Of a stretch of DNA of 64,000 nt, positions 27,642-36,737 are shown piece after piece. Position 1 is the first letter of the stretch. The number at the start of each line of letters is the position of its first letter. The translations under genes and the position numbers were made by a program. The notes under the pieces were generated by a model. The model ran no database searches and had not been told where the DNA came from. It worked only from the letters and a program-made list of their open reading frames with translations. The DNA is taken from positions 230,879 through 294,878 of the forward strand of contig JBMNTP010000001.1 of the NCBI GenBank assembly GCA_050945795.1. The letters are read 5' to 3'. The DNA comes from Christensenellales bacterium (GTDB lineage Bacteria > Bacillota > Clostridia > Christensenellales > MGBC116941).

Positions 27642-28643
27642 ATGGATCACAACAGTATTTTTTCTTCACTGAAAAGCCGAATTGAACCGGCTTATTTTTT
27701 CCACGGCGAAGAGGAGTTTATAAAAGAGCGCGCTCTTGAGGCTCTTGAAAACGCGGCTCTTGGCGTTTCGCCGCGTGAGCTTAATTATTCCGCGCTTACC
27801 GCTCCTTTTGTACCCGATATAATAACGGCGCTTGAAACGCTGCCTTTTATGGGCGAAAAAAGGCTCGTCGTATGCCATGATTTGCGCAATATATACGAAG
27901 GCGTCGAAACGCTTATAAAGTATTTTGAGCGTTTTCCCTCATACGCCTGTCTGGTACTGTACTCCAAAGGCAATGTCGATAAGAGGCGCAGCGGCGTAAA
28001 GCAGCTTATGGCGGCATGTGTCGAGGTGAAATTCGATTATCTTGACGAAGCCGAGGCGGCGCGTTGGCTTGTAAGCACGGCGAGACGCCATGGTATGCGC
28101 CTTAGCTCATCAGACGCCAACCATATGGTGTATCTGTGCGGCAACCGTCTGCTACAGCTTTCGGGCGAGCTGGACAAGCTTTGCTCCTTTGCGGCCGGAC
28201 GCTCCGAAATAACCCGCCGCGATATAGATACCGTCGTTACCCGCTCACTTGAGAGCAATGTTTTTCGCATGATAGACCTTTTTATCGCCGGTAACAGTTC
28301 GGACGGGCTTTCTATGCTGTCATCTATGCTTAAAGACGGCGAGCGCCCTATCGCTATGATAGGCGCGGCGGCATCAAAGCTAAGAGGCCTTCTTGAGGCG
28401 GCTCGCCTACTGCGCCGAGGGTTTTCACCTGCCGCCGCTACTTCCGAAATGGGCGGCAACTATGGCGCTCGGATGTCGGTATCCGCCGCCGCCGGCCTTA
28501 GTGTTGAAGGAATTGAAAAAGCGGTGCTGGAGCTGGCCTCCATTGACGAAGGCATAAAAACAGGCAAGCTTAGAGATAGCGCGGCGTTAGAGCTATTTCT
28601 CCTTACCTCCCTACCCCGCCCACGTAAGGCAGCTGCCCGCTGA
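27642..28643 (+). CDS. holA: DNA polymerase III subunit delta
   Basis: N-terminus PAYFFHGEEEFIKERAL, 333 aa, and a conserved position downstream of comEC. Confidence 0.8.
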   Translation: MDHNSIFSSLKSRIEPAYFFHGEEEFIKERALEALENAALGVSPRELNYSALTAPFVPDIITALETLPFMGEKRLVVCHDLRNIYEGVETLIKYFERFPSYACLVLYSKGNVDKRRSGVKQLMAACVEVKFDYLDEAEAARWLVSTARRHGMRLSSSDANHMVYLCGNRLLQLSGELDKLCSFAAGRSEITRRDIDTVVTRSLESNVFRMIDLFIAGNSSDGLSMLSSMLKDGERPIAMIGAAASKLRGLLEAARLLRRGFSPAAATSEMGGNYGARMSVSAAAGLSVEGIEKAVLELASIDEGIKTGKLRDSAALELFLLTSLPRPRKAAAR

Positions 28644-28675
28644 GCGTAAACAACATAGAATTAAAACAGCGAAAA

Positions 28676-28710
28676 AGCCTCCGCCGTCTAAGGCGTGGAG
28701 GCTTTTCTTT
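28676..28710 (+). terminator. Intrinsic terminator after holA
   Basis: AGCCTCCGCC...GGCGTGGAGGCT stem followed by TTTCTTTT. Confidence 0.75.
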
Positions 28711-28760
28711 TATCTTCATAACTATTATATAAAAATATATATTATAAAATTATACGCAAA

Positions 28761-28790
28761 AACGGCGCCGCTATTTTGCTGCGCGCCGTT
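28761..28790. terminator. Bidirectional terminator (rpsT side)
   Basis: AACGGCGC...GCGCCGTT stem, flanked by an A-run upstream and ATTTTT downstream. Confidence 0.75.
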
Positions 28791-28817
28791 ATTTTTCCGC
28801 ATTTACAGCAGAGGCTA

Positions 28818-29066
28818 TTATTGCCCCTTGCTTAAGGATATAGCCAGCCTTGCTTTTTTGCGGTTAGCAGCGTTTTTATGCATAACGCCTTTAAGCACCG
28901 CCTTATCAATAGCGCTTACTGCTTCCCTGTAATGTGCCTGTTTGTCGCCTTCAGCAACATCCAGCTTTTTTAGCGCGGTCTTAACCGAGCTTTTAACCAT
29001 ACGGTTCTGTAAGTTCTTCGCCGAAGATACCAGTACTCTCTTTTTAGCCGATTTAATGTTTGGCAA
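28818..29066 (-). CDS. rpsT: 30S ribosomal protein S20
   Basis: (M)PNIKSAKKRVL N-terminus. TTG at 29066 lies 9 nt after GGAGG; the TTG at 29075 abuts the SD. Confidence 0.9.
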   Translation of the reverse strand: MPNIKSAKKRVLVSSAKNLQNRMVKSSVKTALKKLDVAEGDKQAHYREAVSAIDKAVLKGVMHKNAANRKKARLAISLSKGQ

Positions 29067-29202
29067 TTCTTTCAACCTCCGCTCATTTCATGAACAAAGT
29101 ATATTTTAGCATTAATCGTCTATAAATGCAATACCCAATACCGCTTTGGCGCATACTTTTGCCTGCTGTCGGCAAGCATAATAAAAAAACGGAGGATAAT
29201 AT

Positions 29203-30144
29203 ATGCTTTCTGTTTATACCGATCTGGCGATGGAATGCCGGCAGCAAATAGAGTCCGAAAGCGTTCCCGGCATTGAAAGCGCCGTTGAAAATTATAGTCG
29301 CGGCATAAGCATAACTCGTGTACGCATTACCTCAGCGGAAGGCGAAAAAGCCATATCAAAGCCGCAAGGCAATTATGTTACTATCGAAAGCCCTCTTCTT
29401 CGCATGCGTGATGTGCAGGTTGAGGAGGAAACAACACGGCTGCTCGCTGATGAAATATCGCATATGGCCGGCAGCATGAACGATAATTTTACAACTATGG
29501 TTATAGGGCTTGGCAACTGGAATGTCACACCTGACGCTCTGGGCCCAAAATCCGTAGACCGCACCATGGTAACCCGCCATATGCATCAATATATGCCATC
29601 GCAGCTTGACGGTCGCACCCGTCCGGTATGCGCCCTCTCGCCCGGCGTTCTCGGCATAACAGGCATTGAAACATCGGACATTGTAAAAGGCATAGTATCA
29701 GAAGTGCGACCGGATCTTGTAATAGCCATAGATTCGCTGGCCTCCCGCGCCGTTTCCCGCCTTGCCACAACAATACAGCTAACCGACACCGGCATAAACC
29801 CCGGCTCCGGCCTTGGCAGCGTTCGCGCAGGGCTTAGCCGAGAATCGCTCGGAGTGACGGTAATAGCGCTAGGCGTGCCGCTTGTTGTATACGCCTCTAC
29901 AATAGCCCGCGATATAATGAGCGAATTGGCGCACAGCTCAGGGCTTGGGCAGGATGAGTACGGCGAGGAACGCATAGGAAAAATAATAGGCGAATCGGTA
30001 AGCGGTGAAACGCTGAATATGGTGGTAACACCTAAAGAAATAGATGTGCTGGTGGAGGATGTTTCGCGCATCGTAGCGGGCGGGCTTAACCTCTCTTTGC
30101 ACATAAACGTTGATTTGGAGTTCGTGCGCCGTTTTATGCATTGA
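29203..30144 (+). CDS. gpr: Germination protease (GPR endopeptidase)
   Basis: YTDLAMEC N-terminus and GLGNWNVTPDALGP motif. Position next to rpsT matches Bacillus. Confidence 0.9.
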   Translation: MLSVYTDLAMECRQQIESESVPGIESAVENYSRGISITRVRITSAEGEKAISKPQGNYVTIESPLLRMRDVQVEEETTRLLADEISHMAGSMNDNFTTMVIGLGNWNVTPDALGPKSVDRTMVTRHMHQYMPSQLDGRTRPVCALSPGVLGITGIETSDIVKGIVSEVRPDLVIAIDSLASRAVSRLATTIQLTDTGINPGSGLGSVRAGLSRESLGVTVIALGVPLVVYASTIARDIMSELAHSSGLGQDEYGEERIGKIIGESVSGETLNMVVTPKEIDVLVEDVSRIVAGGLNLSLHINVDLEFVRRFMH

Positions 30145-30147
30145 AAA

Positions 30148-30168
30148 AACCGGGCGTTTCGCCCGGTT
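30148..30168. terminator. Bidirectional terminator shared by gpr and the ProB-like gene
   Basis: AACCGGGC-gtttc-GCCCGGTT stem. On the minus strand the TAA stop lies in the stem and TTTTTT follows. Confidence 0.7.
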
Positions 30169-30997
30169 ATCTTACTCCCATCCAAGTCCTTTCAACATTG
30201 CCCGCCAGTATATCCCTTATGCTGTATCCTGCGTAAGCAATTATAACAGTAGTACCGTTTTGCAGCGGCCCGGCGGCGAATTTCAGCTTGCTTTTAGCTC
30301 CGCCCGACCATTGGCGGCTGGAGCCTACGCAAAACCGCTCCGTCTCGTGTACGTTTCGCAGCAGCTCGTCGGTATCTTTGCCGCATATTTCGTTTATAAG
30401 CGTGCTTTCGTCGTTAGGGTCTGAATATATGCCTTTAACCGACGTAAGTATAAGCAGCGTTTTCGCCTTCACCAATGAAGCGACAACCGCCGCCGTTTCG
30501 TCATTGTCTATGCATTCAACAATATTATCGCCCCTGTTGCTACGCATATGCGCCAATTCCAGCTTGCGGTTTTCATCGGCGCTTACAGGGTCGTTGTAGT
30601 TTATAATAGGTATGGCGTTTTGCGCCGGGCAGCGCAGCAACAGCCGCCTTATATGCTCTCTCTTTTCAACATCGTTAAAATGCTGATGCTCTACCAGTAC
30701 CTGTCTTACGCTGTAAGAAGGGTGTATAAAATTTCGGTAGTTTTGCATAAGTATGGCCTGTCCCTGAGCGGCATAGTCGGTTTTCATGTCATCCTCCGAC
30801 CCCTCAAGCTCCTTACCCATACGCTTCATATAATCGAGCCTGCCTATTTCAACAGCGCCCGAGCTTACCCATACAATACCCGGTCTTAGTTCCTTACCAA
30901 GCTTTGAAAACCGGTTATAGTCAATTTCATTATCTTCGCGCCTTATAAGCGCCATAGAGCCGATCTTGCCAACAAGCTCGACATCAAAAGCCGCCAT
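30167..30997 (-). CDS. Amino-acid kinase family protein, divergent glutamate-5-kinase (ProB)-like, no PUA domain
   Basis: Colinear by eye with ProB blocks: KIGSMAL, VSSGAVEIGR, AAQGQAILM, IPIINYNDPV, DNDETAAVVA, LLILTSVKGIYSDP, SGGAKSKL. Confidence 0.7.
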   Translation of the reverse strand: MAAFDVELVGKIGSMALIRREDNEIDYNRFSKLGKELRPGIVWVSSGAVEIGRLDYMKRMGKELEGSEDDMKTDYAAQGQAILMQNYRNFIHPSYSVRQVLVEHQHFNDVEKREHIRRLLLRCPAQNAIPIINYNDPVSADENRKLELAHMRSNRGDNIVECIDNDETAAVVASLVKAKTLLILTSVKGIYSDPNDESTLINEICGKDTDELLRNVHETERFCVGSSRQWSGGAKSKLKFAAGPLQNGTTVIIAYAGYSIRDILAGNVERTWMGVR

Positions 30998-31005
30998 AAT
31001 TCCTC

Positions 31006-31677
31006 CTACGCTTCTTCCAGCATCAAAAATCTATACACAGGCACAAGCTCCGATAAATGCTCTATAACCGTTTCGGCTATCTCCCCCGACATCATATCGG
31101 CGTTAGGGGCGGCGTGAGTGCGCCAGTGAAAATACTTTTTCAAATAATACCTGCCCAAGCTTGACGGCAACTTGTCCGGCATCGAACGGCGCCTGTAATC
31201 CTCGCCGTATAATGTGAATATACGTTCCGCCTTTTCCGACGCTTCAAGAAACCGCGACGGCTGCGCCGCCATTTTAAGCCTGAACTTCTCCATCATACTT
31301 GGAAAAGCCGAATACATACCAAGGCCATACCTTGCGCCCTCCGGCGATATTCCAAAGTAAAAGCAAAATGACTCGCTTGTCCTTTGGCCGGGATATTTAT
31401 ACGCCAGCCACATATGATCCCTTAGCGGCGATTTATCCGATGAATAGCGGGTGTCGCGATATATACGCGACATTGCCTTGCCCTGCACCGGTCTTGTTTC
31501 ACAGCTTGGATCAATACCGCTTATAAAAGGCGCTAGATGCCTACCAAATTCGGCGAGCGGCTCTTTGACATACTCTTCAAAAGCCGCCCTGTTGCTTTCA
31601 AACCATTGTTTTTCGTTGTTAAATCTTACTCTCATAAGAAACTCGAATGTTTCTTTTCTAAATCCTTTAAATGCCAT
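31006..31677 (-). CDS. DUF2461 (TIGR02453) family protein
   Basis: N-terminus FKGFRKETFEFLMRVRFNNEKQWFESNRAAFEEYVKEPL is typical of the family. ATG 31677 is preceded by GGAGG. Confidence 0.7.
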   Translation of the reverse strand: MAFKGFRKETFEFLMRVRFNNEKQWFESNRAAFEEYVKEPLAEFGRHLAPFISGIDPSCETRPVQGKAMSRIYRDTRYSSDKSPLRDHMWLAYKYPGQRTSESFCFYFGISPEGARYGLGMYSAFPSMMEKFRLKMAAQPSRFLEASEKAERIFTLYGEDYRRRSMPDKLPSSLGRYYLKKYFHWRTHAAPNADMMSGEIAETVIEHLSELVPVYRFLMLEEA

Positions 31678-31730
31678 GCATGCCCTCCTTCCGTGCGCCT
31701 GCAATGAAAAAACGCCGGAAGTCGGTAATT

Positions 31731-31754
31731 GCGGGCGGCCGGGTGGCCGCCCGC
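31731..31754 (-). terminator. GC-rich hairpin after the surface-protein gene
   Basis: GCGGGCGGCC-gggt-GGCCGCCCGC stem. The T-run is displaced about 20 nt. Confidence 0.45.
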
Positions 31755-31797
31755 GCCAAGGCCTTTTGTTAAAAGCCGCGCCTGCCGGCAGTTGTTC

Positions 31798-33693
31798 TTA
31801 GAAATCCTCGAAATCGTCGGGTATCTGCCCGCTCATTCTGCTGGGCGTTTTGCCCGCTCCGCCCCTTGGCGGCCGCTGCCTCGGCGGTGCCGCGGGACGC
31901 TCAGCCTTAGGCACAGATGTATCTGTAACCTGCTGATGCGATACCGGCCTTCTTGGCCGCGTCGACGCGCGAGGCGGCTGTCCTTGGCCCATGCCGGCGG
32001 CTCCTGCTGCTCCGTCAATATCGCCGGACGGCGGGCTTGCCGTATCAAAGCCGCCCATGCCTACCGGACCTGCCGATCCCCCCGACGGCCCCGACGGCCT
32101 TGTGGGAGGACGCCTGTCACCGTTCCTCGGGCCGGACGGCGGAGATTTTTTGCCGTATTTGCTGCTTGCTTTTAGAGCCGCCGCCTTTTTGGCCTTCTTC
32201 TCCTGCACGATTAGTATAACCAGTACCACAGCCGCTACCACAATAAGCACAACTATTATTATCATAATTACAACAAGCGTGCTAAGGCCGCCCATGCCGC
32301 CCGATGCCGTCGTTTCTTCCGGCAATATGCTGGCTTCCGGCGTCGGAGTAGCTTCCGGTACCGTTATCTCCACCGCTTCGGTGTTATCGCTGTATGTATT
32401 GCCAAGTTCATCGGTAGCCGAAACGGTAAACGCGAACGAGGCAGAGGAATTAACCTGATATTTAACTGTAAACTCGGCTGTGCCGGCAGCCGCCAGCTCG
32501 CCATAGTTTTGAACGTTTTTACCTGTATTGTCGGTTATAACAAGATTGAAAAGCGAAGACGCTGTATTATTCTTTATCTGTATAGCAAACGAAGCCTCGC
32601 TGCCCACCTCGGCTAACTGCGTGCTCGCCGGGGTTGCCGTTATTTCAACCGGATTTACCCCCACCGGCAACTCTTCTATTTCTTCCTCAATCTCATAACT
32701 TATTTCATTGGTCTTTATGCTAAGCTGCTTGCCGGACGGATCGTAGCATTCGATTGTTATAAATACGCTGCGGTTTTCGTTTATAACAGTATCCTGCTCT
32801 ATGGTAACGCTTTTGCCGGCGACAAGGTATGTTTTCTCCCTTATCGATGTGCCGTCATCAAGCTTTATATCCATTTTGTCAAGCCGCACATTTCCTTTAT
32901 TCGAAAGGTTCAGCTTTATTTTAACTGTATCGCCCTTGACTACGCCGGAGGTTTTATCCGCCGATATAGACGCTTCAAGTGCCGCATTAGCTATCTTTAC
33001 GCTAACACTAGCCGCCGAAGCTGAAACATTCTGAGAGCCGTATTTCGCGCTGACTGCCGCCTTTGATGTAATTTCTTTTGTTACGGTAACGGTATGTTCC
33101 GCCGACTGCTTGGCGCCCGGCGCTAGTTTGGCTATAGTGCCTATATTGCCGGACTTTATGTTGGTGTCGCTAATAACTATATTTGTAAGCTCAACATCCC
33201 CGACGTTATGTACGGTATAAGTGAACTTAACTTTTTCGCCGTTGCTTACGGTATTGTTGGAAACGGTGGTTTTAATCTCGATTTTGGGGTTTCTAGCCTT
33301 TTTAGCTATTGTTATGCTGGCCGAAGACGAGCCTGTCTCCCCGCCATCATCTGTGTATGTTACAGAGAAGCTTATAGGCTTTCCCAGCATGGCTTCGGTG
33401 ACGTCAATACTAAACTCACCCGAAGAATTAGCGTTATTGCTTATATTGCCCAAATCGGCTACTTTGGTGCTGCCCTGGTGTATCGCCACATCCGATATCA
33501 GGTCCGCCTTGCCGTTGTTCGTAACTACGGCGGTTATTTTAACGCTGCCCGCCGCCTCAAGCTCTTTAGGCGTAGCGGACAAGCTAAGGGTAACGTCGCC
33601 TTGCGCTTGCGCGGCCGGTATAAACGCGAACAGCAGCCCCGAAAGCATAATCAATCCTAATATAACGGCGATAATTCTTTTATTCATCTTCAA
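31798..33693 (-). CDS. Type I membrane surface protein: signal peptide, four about 100-aa CARDB/DUF11-like Ig-fold repeats, TM helix, about 150-aa Pro/Gly/Arg-rich cytoplasmic tail
   Basis: Signal peptide ending AAQAQG. Four repeats share the pattern V.I...V.N.G...L..V.I. TM helix is LSTLVVIMIIIVVLIVVAAVVLVILIV. The tail ends in IPDDFEDF. Confidence 0.7.
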   Translation of the reverse strand: MKMNKRIIAVILGLIMLSGLLFAFIPAAQAQGDVTLSLSATPKELEAAGSVKITAVVTNNGKADLISDVAIHQGSTKVADLGNISNNANSSGEFSIDVTEAMLGKPISFSVTYTDDGGETGSSSASITIAKKARNPKIEIKTTVSNNTVSNGEKVKFTYTVHNVGDVELTNIVISDTNIKSGNIGTIAKLAPGAKQSAEHTVTVTKEITSKAAVSAKYGSQNVSASAASVSVKIANAALEASISADKTSGVVKGDTVKIKLNLSNKGNVRLDKMDIKLDDGTSIREKTYLVAGKSVTIEQDTVINENRSVFITIECYDPSGKQLSIKTNEISYEIEEEIEELPVGVNPVEITATPASTQLAEVGSEASFAIQIKNNTASSLFNLVITDNTGKNVQNYGELAAAGTAEFTVKYQVNSSASFAFTVSATDELGNTYSDNTEAVEITVPEATPTPEASILPEETTASGGMGGLSTLVVIMIIIVVLIVVAAVVLVILIVQEKKAKKAAALKASSKYGKKSPPSGPRNGDRRPPTRPSGPSGGSAGPVGMGGFDTASPPSGDIDGAAGAAGMGQGQPPRASTRPRRPVSHQQVTDTSVPKAERPAAPPRQRPPRGGAGKTPSRMSGQIPDDFEDF

Positions 33694-33725
33694 AAACCCT
33701 CCAGATTTAGGCCATACCCGCCCTG

Positions 33726-34790
33726 TTATACTCTGTATATCCAGCCGAACCTGTCCTCAATCGTGCCGTACTGTATACCTGTGATAGTGTCATACATCAA
33801 GCGGGAGAAATCCCCCATCTTGCCGTCGTTTACAACTATGGTGCGCTCATGCCATGTAAGCTCTGAAACGGCAGAGATAACGGCGGCGGTGCCGGTGCCA
33901 AAAACCTCCTCCAGCTTGCCTGCCGCGTGCGCGTCAAACACCTCGTCTATCGATATCTGCCTCTCGCTTACCTTATATCCCATATCCTTTGCCAGCGTTA
34001 GCACGCTGTCGCGCGTTATACCCGGCAGCACGCTGCCGTTTAGCTCTGGCGTTACGATTTCGCCGCCAATTTTAAAGAATATGTTCATGCTGCCAACTTC
34101 CTCAACATAGCGGCGATGAACGCCATCGAGCCACAGCACCTGATCATATCCCTTCTCATGCGCGCGCTCTCCTGCGAGAATACTTGCCGCGTAGTTACCG
34201 CCTGTTTTGGCGAAGCCCATGCCGCCCTTTACAGCCCTTACCAGCTCATCTTCCACATATATCCTTACAGGCTGAAGACCGTTTTTATAATAAGCGCCGG
34301 ACGGCGAAAGAATTACAAAGTATAAATACGAGCTTGACGCCTTAACGCCGAGAAAAGCATCGGTGGCTATTATAGCCGGCCTTATATAAAGCGATGTGCC
34401 TTCTGACTTAGGCACCCAGTCGGACTCGATGCGTATTAATTCAGCCAAATGCTCGAGCGCCTGCTTTTCATCTATCCTCGGTATGCAAAGCCTGTCGTTT
34501 GATGCGTTAAGGCGGGCTAAATTAGCCTCAGGACGGAACAGTACCGTCTCGCCCTTAACGGTTTTATAAGCCTTCATGCCCTCGAAAACCTCTTGCCCAT
34601 AATGCAAAACCATTGTGCTAAGGTCGAACTCTATAGGTCCATAAGGCACTATTCTGGCATCATGCCAGCCTTTGTCTTGTGAATGATCCATAAGCAGCAT
34701 ATGGTCTGTAAACCGCTGCCCAAAGCCAAGGTTGTTTTCATCCGTAGGTTTTTCCATAGGGTTTGATGTAAGTTTTTTAACAAGCTCCAT
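33726..34790 (-). CDS. ilvE: Branched-chain amino acid aminotransferase
   Basis: EGMKAY and AKTGGNYAAS motifs. ATG 34790 is preceded by GGAGGA. Confidence 0.9.
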   Translation of the reverse strand: MELVKKLTSNPMEKPTDENNLGFGQRFTDHMLLMDHSQDKGWHDARIVPYGPIEFDLSTMVLHYGQEVFEGMKAYKTVKGETVLFRPEANLARLNASNDRLCIPRIDEKQALEHLAELIRIESDWVPKSEGTSLYIRPAIIATDAFLGVKASSSYLYFVILSPSGAYYKNGLQPVRIYVEDELVRAVKGGMGFAKTGGNYAASILAGERAHEKGYDQVLWLDGVHRRYVEEVGSMNIFFKIGGEIVTPELNGSVLPGITRDSVLTLAKDMGYKVSERQISIDEVFDAHAAGKLEEVFGTGTAAVISAVSELTWHERTIVVNDGKMGDFSRLMYDTITGIQYGTIEDRFGWIYRV

Positions 34791-34864
34791 TATAAAATCC
34801 TCCAAAAGCAGCAAAGACGGTCTTATCCCGTCAAACTAATTTGCTAAAGCTAATTATATTTTTT

Positions 34865-35500
34865 TTATTGTATAGTGTCAATGTTCCAGCCAATATATAA
34901 TTCCTGGGTTTTAATAGGCAACTCTCCTGAAGTGGCTTCCATGACTGCTTTTTCAAACGTTGCCCCCTCCTGCGCTTTAACCGCAATATCAAGACTAACC
35001 TTGTCTGTATATACGGTATCAAGGAGTTTATAGCCGGCGTTTTTTATAAGATTCTCTATCCTGCTTAAAAGACCGTAGTCTATAACCAATGAATATCTGT
35101 GGCTCAGCGTCATAACTGCCGGCCCCGCTTCATCTATGGCAGCCGCAGCCACCTTTGAATACGCGCGAACCAGACCGCCGACACCTAGCATAATGCCGCC
35201 AAAATACCGCGTCACAACTACCAACGCAAAATATATATCCCGCTTTTTTAATACCTCCATCATGGGCAGCCCCGCCGTACCTCCCGGCTCGCCATCGTCG
35301 CTGTAACGCTGCGCGCCGCCCCTTGACAATGAATAGGCATAACAATTATGAGTGGCGTCCCAATGCTTTTTCCTTATATCCTCAAGTATTGAGACCGCCT
35401 GCCCTTCATCTTTTATAGGCCAGCACCTGCCTATAAAACGGGATTTATTTATTACAATTTCCCGCTCCCCAAAACGGGTTACGGTATTATACTCATTCAT
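34865..35500 (-). CDS. yigZ: YigZ/IMPACT family protein
   Basis: KSRFIG and ATHNCYAY motifs. Overlaps the tyrS 3' end by 8 nt. Confidence 0.85.
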   Translation of the reverse strand: MNEYNTVTRFGEREIVINKSRFIGRCWPIKDEGQAVSILEDIRKKHWDATHNCYAYSLSRGGAQRYSDDGEPGGTAGLPMMEVLKKRDIYFALVVVTRYFGGIMLGVGGLVRAYSKVAAAAIDEAGPAVMTLSHRYSLVIDYGLLSRIENLIKNAGYKLLDTVYTDKVSLDIAVKAQEGATFEKAVMEATSGELPIKTQELYIGWNIDTIQ

Positions 35501-36719
35501 CGCTTTTAAGAATCAACCGCCTAAATCCCTTTTTGCCCTTCTTAAGCATTACGCCGCTTGTAAGCTGCTCTAAAGTTATCTTCTCGTCGATATCAGTAAC
35601 CTTTCGATCGTCTACCGAAACGGCGCCGCTTTGTATAAGCCTTCTCGCCTCGCTTTTGCTGGGCGCAAGGCCGCTAAAATGCAGCGCGTCTATAACTCTG
35701 TCGCCTTCTAAAAGCTGCGCCGCGCTCATCTCACTTGTAGGTATCTCTTTTTGCCCGTCGCCGGAGCCAAAAAGCGCCTCGGCGGCGGCCGCCGCCTTGT
35801 CGGCCTGTTCCTCGCCATGCACCTGCTTTGTAACTTCATACGCTAACACACGCTTAGCCTCATTTATCTGCGCGTCCTTAAGCGCACCCAGCCGCTCCAC
35901 CTCATCCATAGGTAAAAATGTCATAAGCGACAGGCAGCTTTTAACGTCTTTATCGTCGACATTGCGCCAGTACTGATAGAACTCATACGGCGTAGTTTTC
36001 TCTGCGTCCAGCCATACCGCTCCGCTCGCCGTCTTGCCCATTTTTGTGCCGTCGGATTTTGTAAGCAGAGTAAACGTCATAGCGAACGCCGGCTGCGCCT
36101 CTTTGCGCCTTATAAGGTCGGCACCGGCTAATATGTTTGACCACTGATCGTCCCCTCCAAGCTGGAGACGGCAGCCGTATCTTCTGTACAACTCAAGAAA
36201 ATCATAAGCCTGCATAAGCATATAATTAAACTCAAGGAAGGACAGTCCTTTTTCCATCCTCGATTTAAAGCATTCCGCCGACAGCATGCGGTTAACAGAA
36301 AAATGCGCGCCTATTTCGCGCAGAAAATTAACATAATTAAGGTCGAGCAGCCAGTCGGCGTTATCAACCATTATTGCCTTATCCTCGCTGAAATCGAGAA
36401 AGCGGGAAATCTGGCTTTTAAACTTTTCGGCGTTTCTTTCTATATCCTGTTTGGACAGCATCTTACGCATATCCGTCCTGCCGCTCGGATCGCCTACCAT
36501 TGTTGTGCCGCCGCCTATAAGGGCGATGGGCTTGTGGCCGGCGCGCTGCATATGCGCCATTGCCATAAGCTGCAGGTAATGCCCTATATGCAGGCTATCC
36601 GCCGTAGGGTCAAAGCCTATATAGAAGGTAACGCTTTCCTTCACCAATAGCTCTTTTAGCTCCTCATGTGAATATTGCTTAACAAAGCCTCTTTGGCTTA
36701 AAATATCAAATACATTCAT
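35493..36719 (-). CDS. tyrS: Tyrosine--tRNA ligase
   Basis: HIGH (SLHIGHY) and KMSKS-type (KMGKT) motifs, plus a C-terminal S4-like domain. Confidence 0.95.
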   Translation of the reverse strand: MNVFDILSQRGFVKQYSHEELKELLVKESVTFYIGFDPTADSLHIGHYLQLMAMAHMQRAGHKPIALIGGGTTMVGDPSGRTDMRKMLSKQDIERNAEKFKSQISRFLDFSEDKAIMVDNADWLLDLNYVNFLREIGAHFSVNRMLSAECFKSRMEKGLSFLEFNYMLMQAYDFLELYRRYGCRLQLGGDDQWSNILAGADLIRRKEAQPAFAMTFTLLTKSDGTKMGKTASGAVWLDAEKTTPYEFYQYWRNVDDKDVKSCLSLMTFLPMDEVERLGALKDAQINEAKRVLAYEVTKQVHGEEQADKAAAAAEALFGSGDGQKEIPTSEMSAAQLLEGDRVIDALHFSGLAPSKSEARRLIQSGAVSVDDRKVTDIDEKITLEQLTSGVMLKKGKKGFRRLILKSDE

Positions 36720-36737
36720 ATAAAGCGTCCTCCAATG

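Noticed and set aside
29151-29183. Forespore sigma-G/F-type promoter for gpr (GCATA ... CATAATA)
   Set aside because: The spacing between the two elements is about 21 nt, against the expected 17-18. It is not supportable from sequence alone.
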